Part shown: positions 63,783-64,000 of the stretch, one piece after another
Numbering within the stretch: position 1 is the first letter of the stretch
How the letters are laid out: each line of letters starts with the position of its first letter
From: Octopus sinensis
Lineage: Eukaryota
Reading direction: 5' to 3'
Assembly: GCF_006345805.1 (NCBI RefSeq)
Contig: NW_021833454.1
Span: 9,673-73,672 of the forward strand
Length of the DNA: 64,000 bases
The notes under the pieces: generated by a model
What the model was told of the DNA's origin: nothing
Databases searched by the model: none
The model's input: only the letters and a program-made list of their open reading frames with translations
Position numbers and translations under genes: made by a program

Positions 63783-64000
63783 ATACTTTGATACTTTGAT
63801 ACTTTGATAGGTTTCGGCCATTATTGGCCCAGGCCATGTCTAACTTAATAGCACCACCTGGTGAAGTCTTTCAAGTCAGAATTTGGGCACTATGGCCCAC
63901 TCAAGTAGAGAGTTATTGTTTACAGAGACATATCCGGGTGTAGGGGTTTATCCGGGATTTCTTGAAGGAATCTGTCCAACTTCTTGAACCCTATAGGGTC
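63783..64000 (-). mobile_element. CR1-like LINE 3' end with octamer tail (ATCAAAGT)n
   Basis: The minus frame reads DPIGFKKLDRFLQEIPDKP. Three copies of the 8-bp tail are present. Confidence 0.65.

Overview
This is eukaryotic non-coding DNA, extremely rich in microsatellites and transposons. The SINE, LINE and microsatellite repertoire is most consistent with an Octopus (coleoid cephalopod) genome; this is inferred from repeat content. No intact host gene was found, and nearly all long ORFs in the track are translations of (TATG)n, (TA)n, (CA)n or (TTA)n arrays. Coding relics include two DD34D mariners, a D-x36-E Tc1 element, a maT-like fragment, CR1-, RTE-, Tx1- and R4-like LINE fragments, and two decayed Penelope-like element (PLE) RT/GIY-YIG ORFs. 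The most notable signal is a dense set (about 15) of minimal type-I hammerhead ribozyme motifs with palindromic stem III, belonging to several PLE-LTR-like families. Several sit in inverted pairs, some carry 50-60 nt insertions in loop II, and a non-canonical C3-C4-G5-A6 core recurs. Also notable are a tRNA-derived SINE present as head + (184-bp body)n multimers bracketed by single TSDs, microsatellite-embedded R4-like fragments, a 6x CCAAT-CRE array upstream of a TATA box, and a ~1.06-kb near-perfect palindrome. All folds and translations were done by eye.
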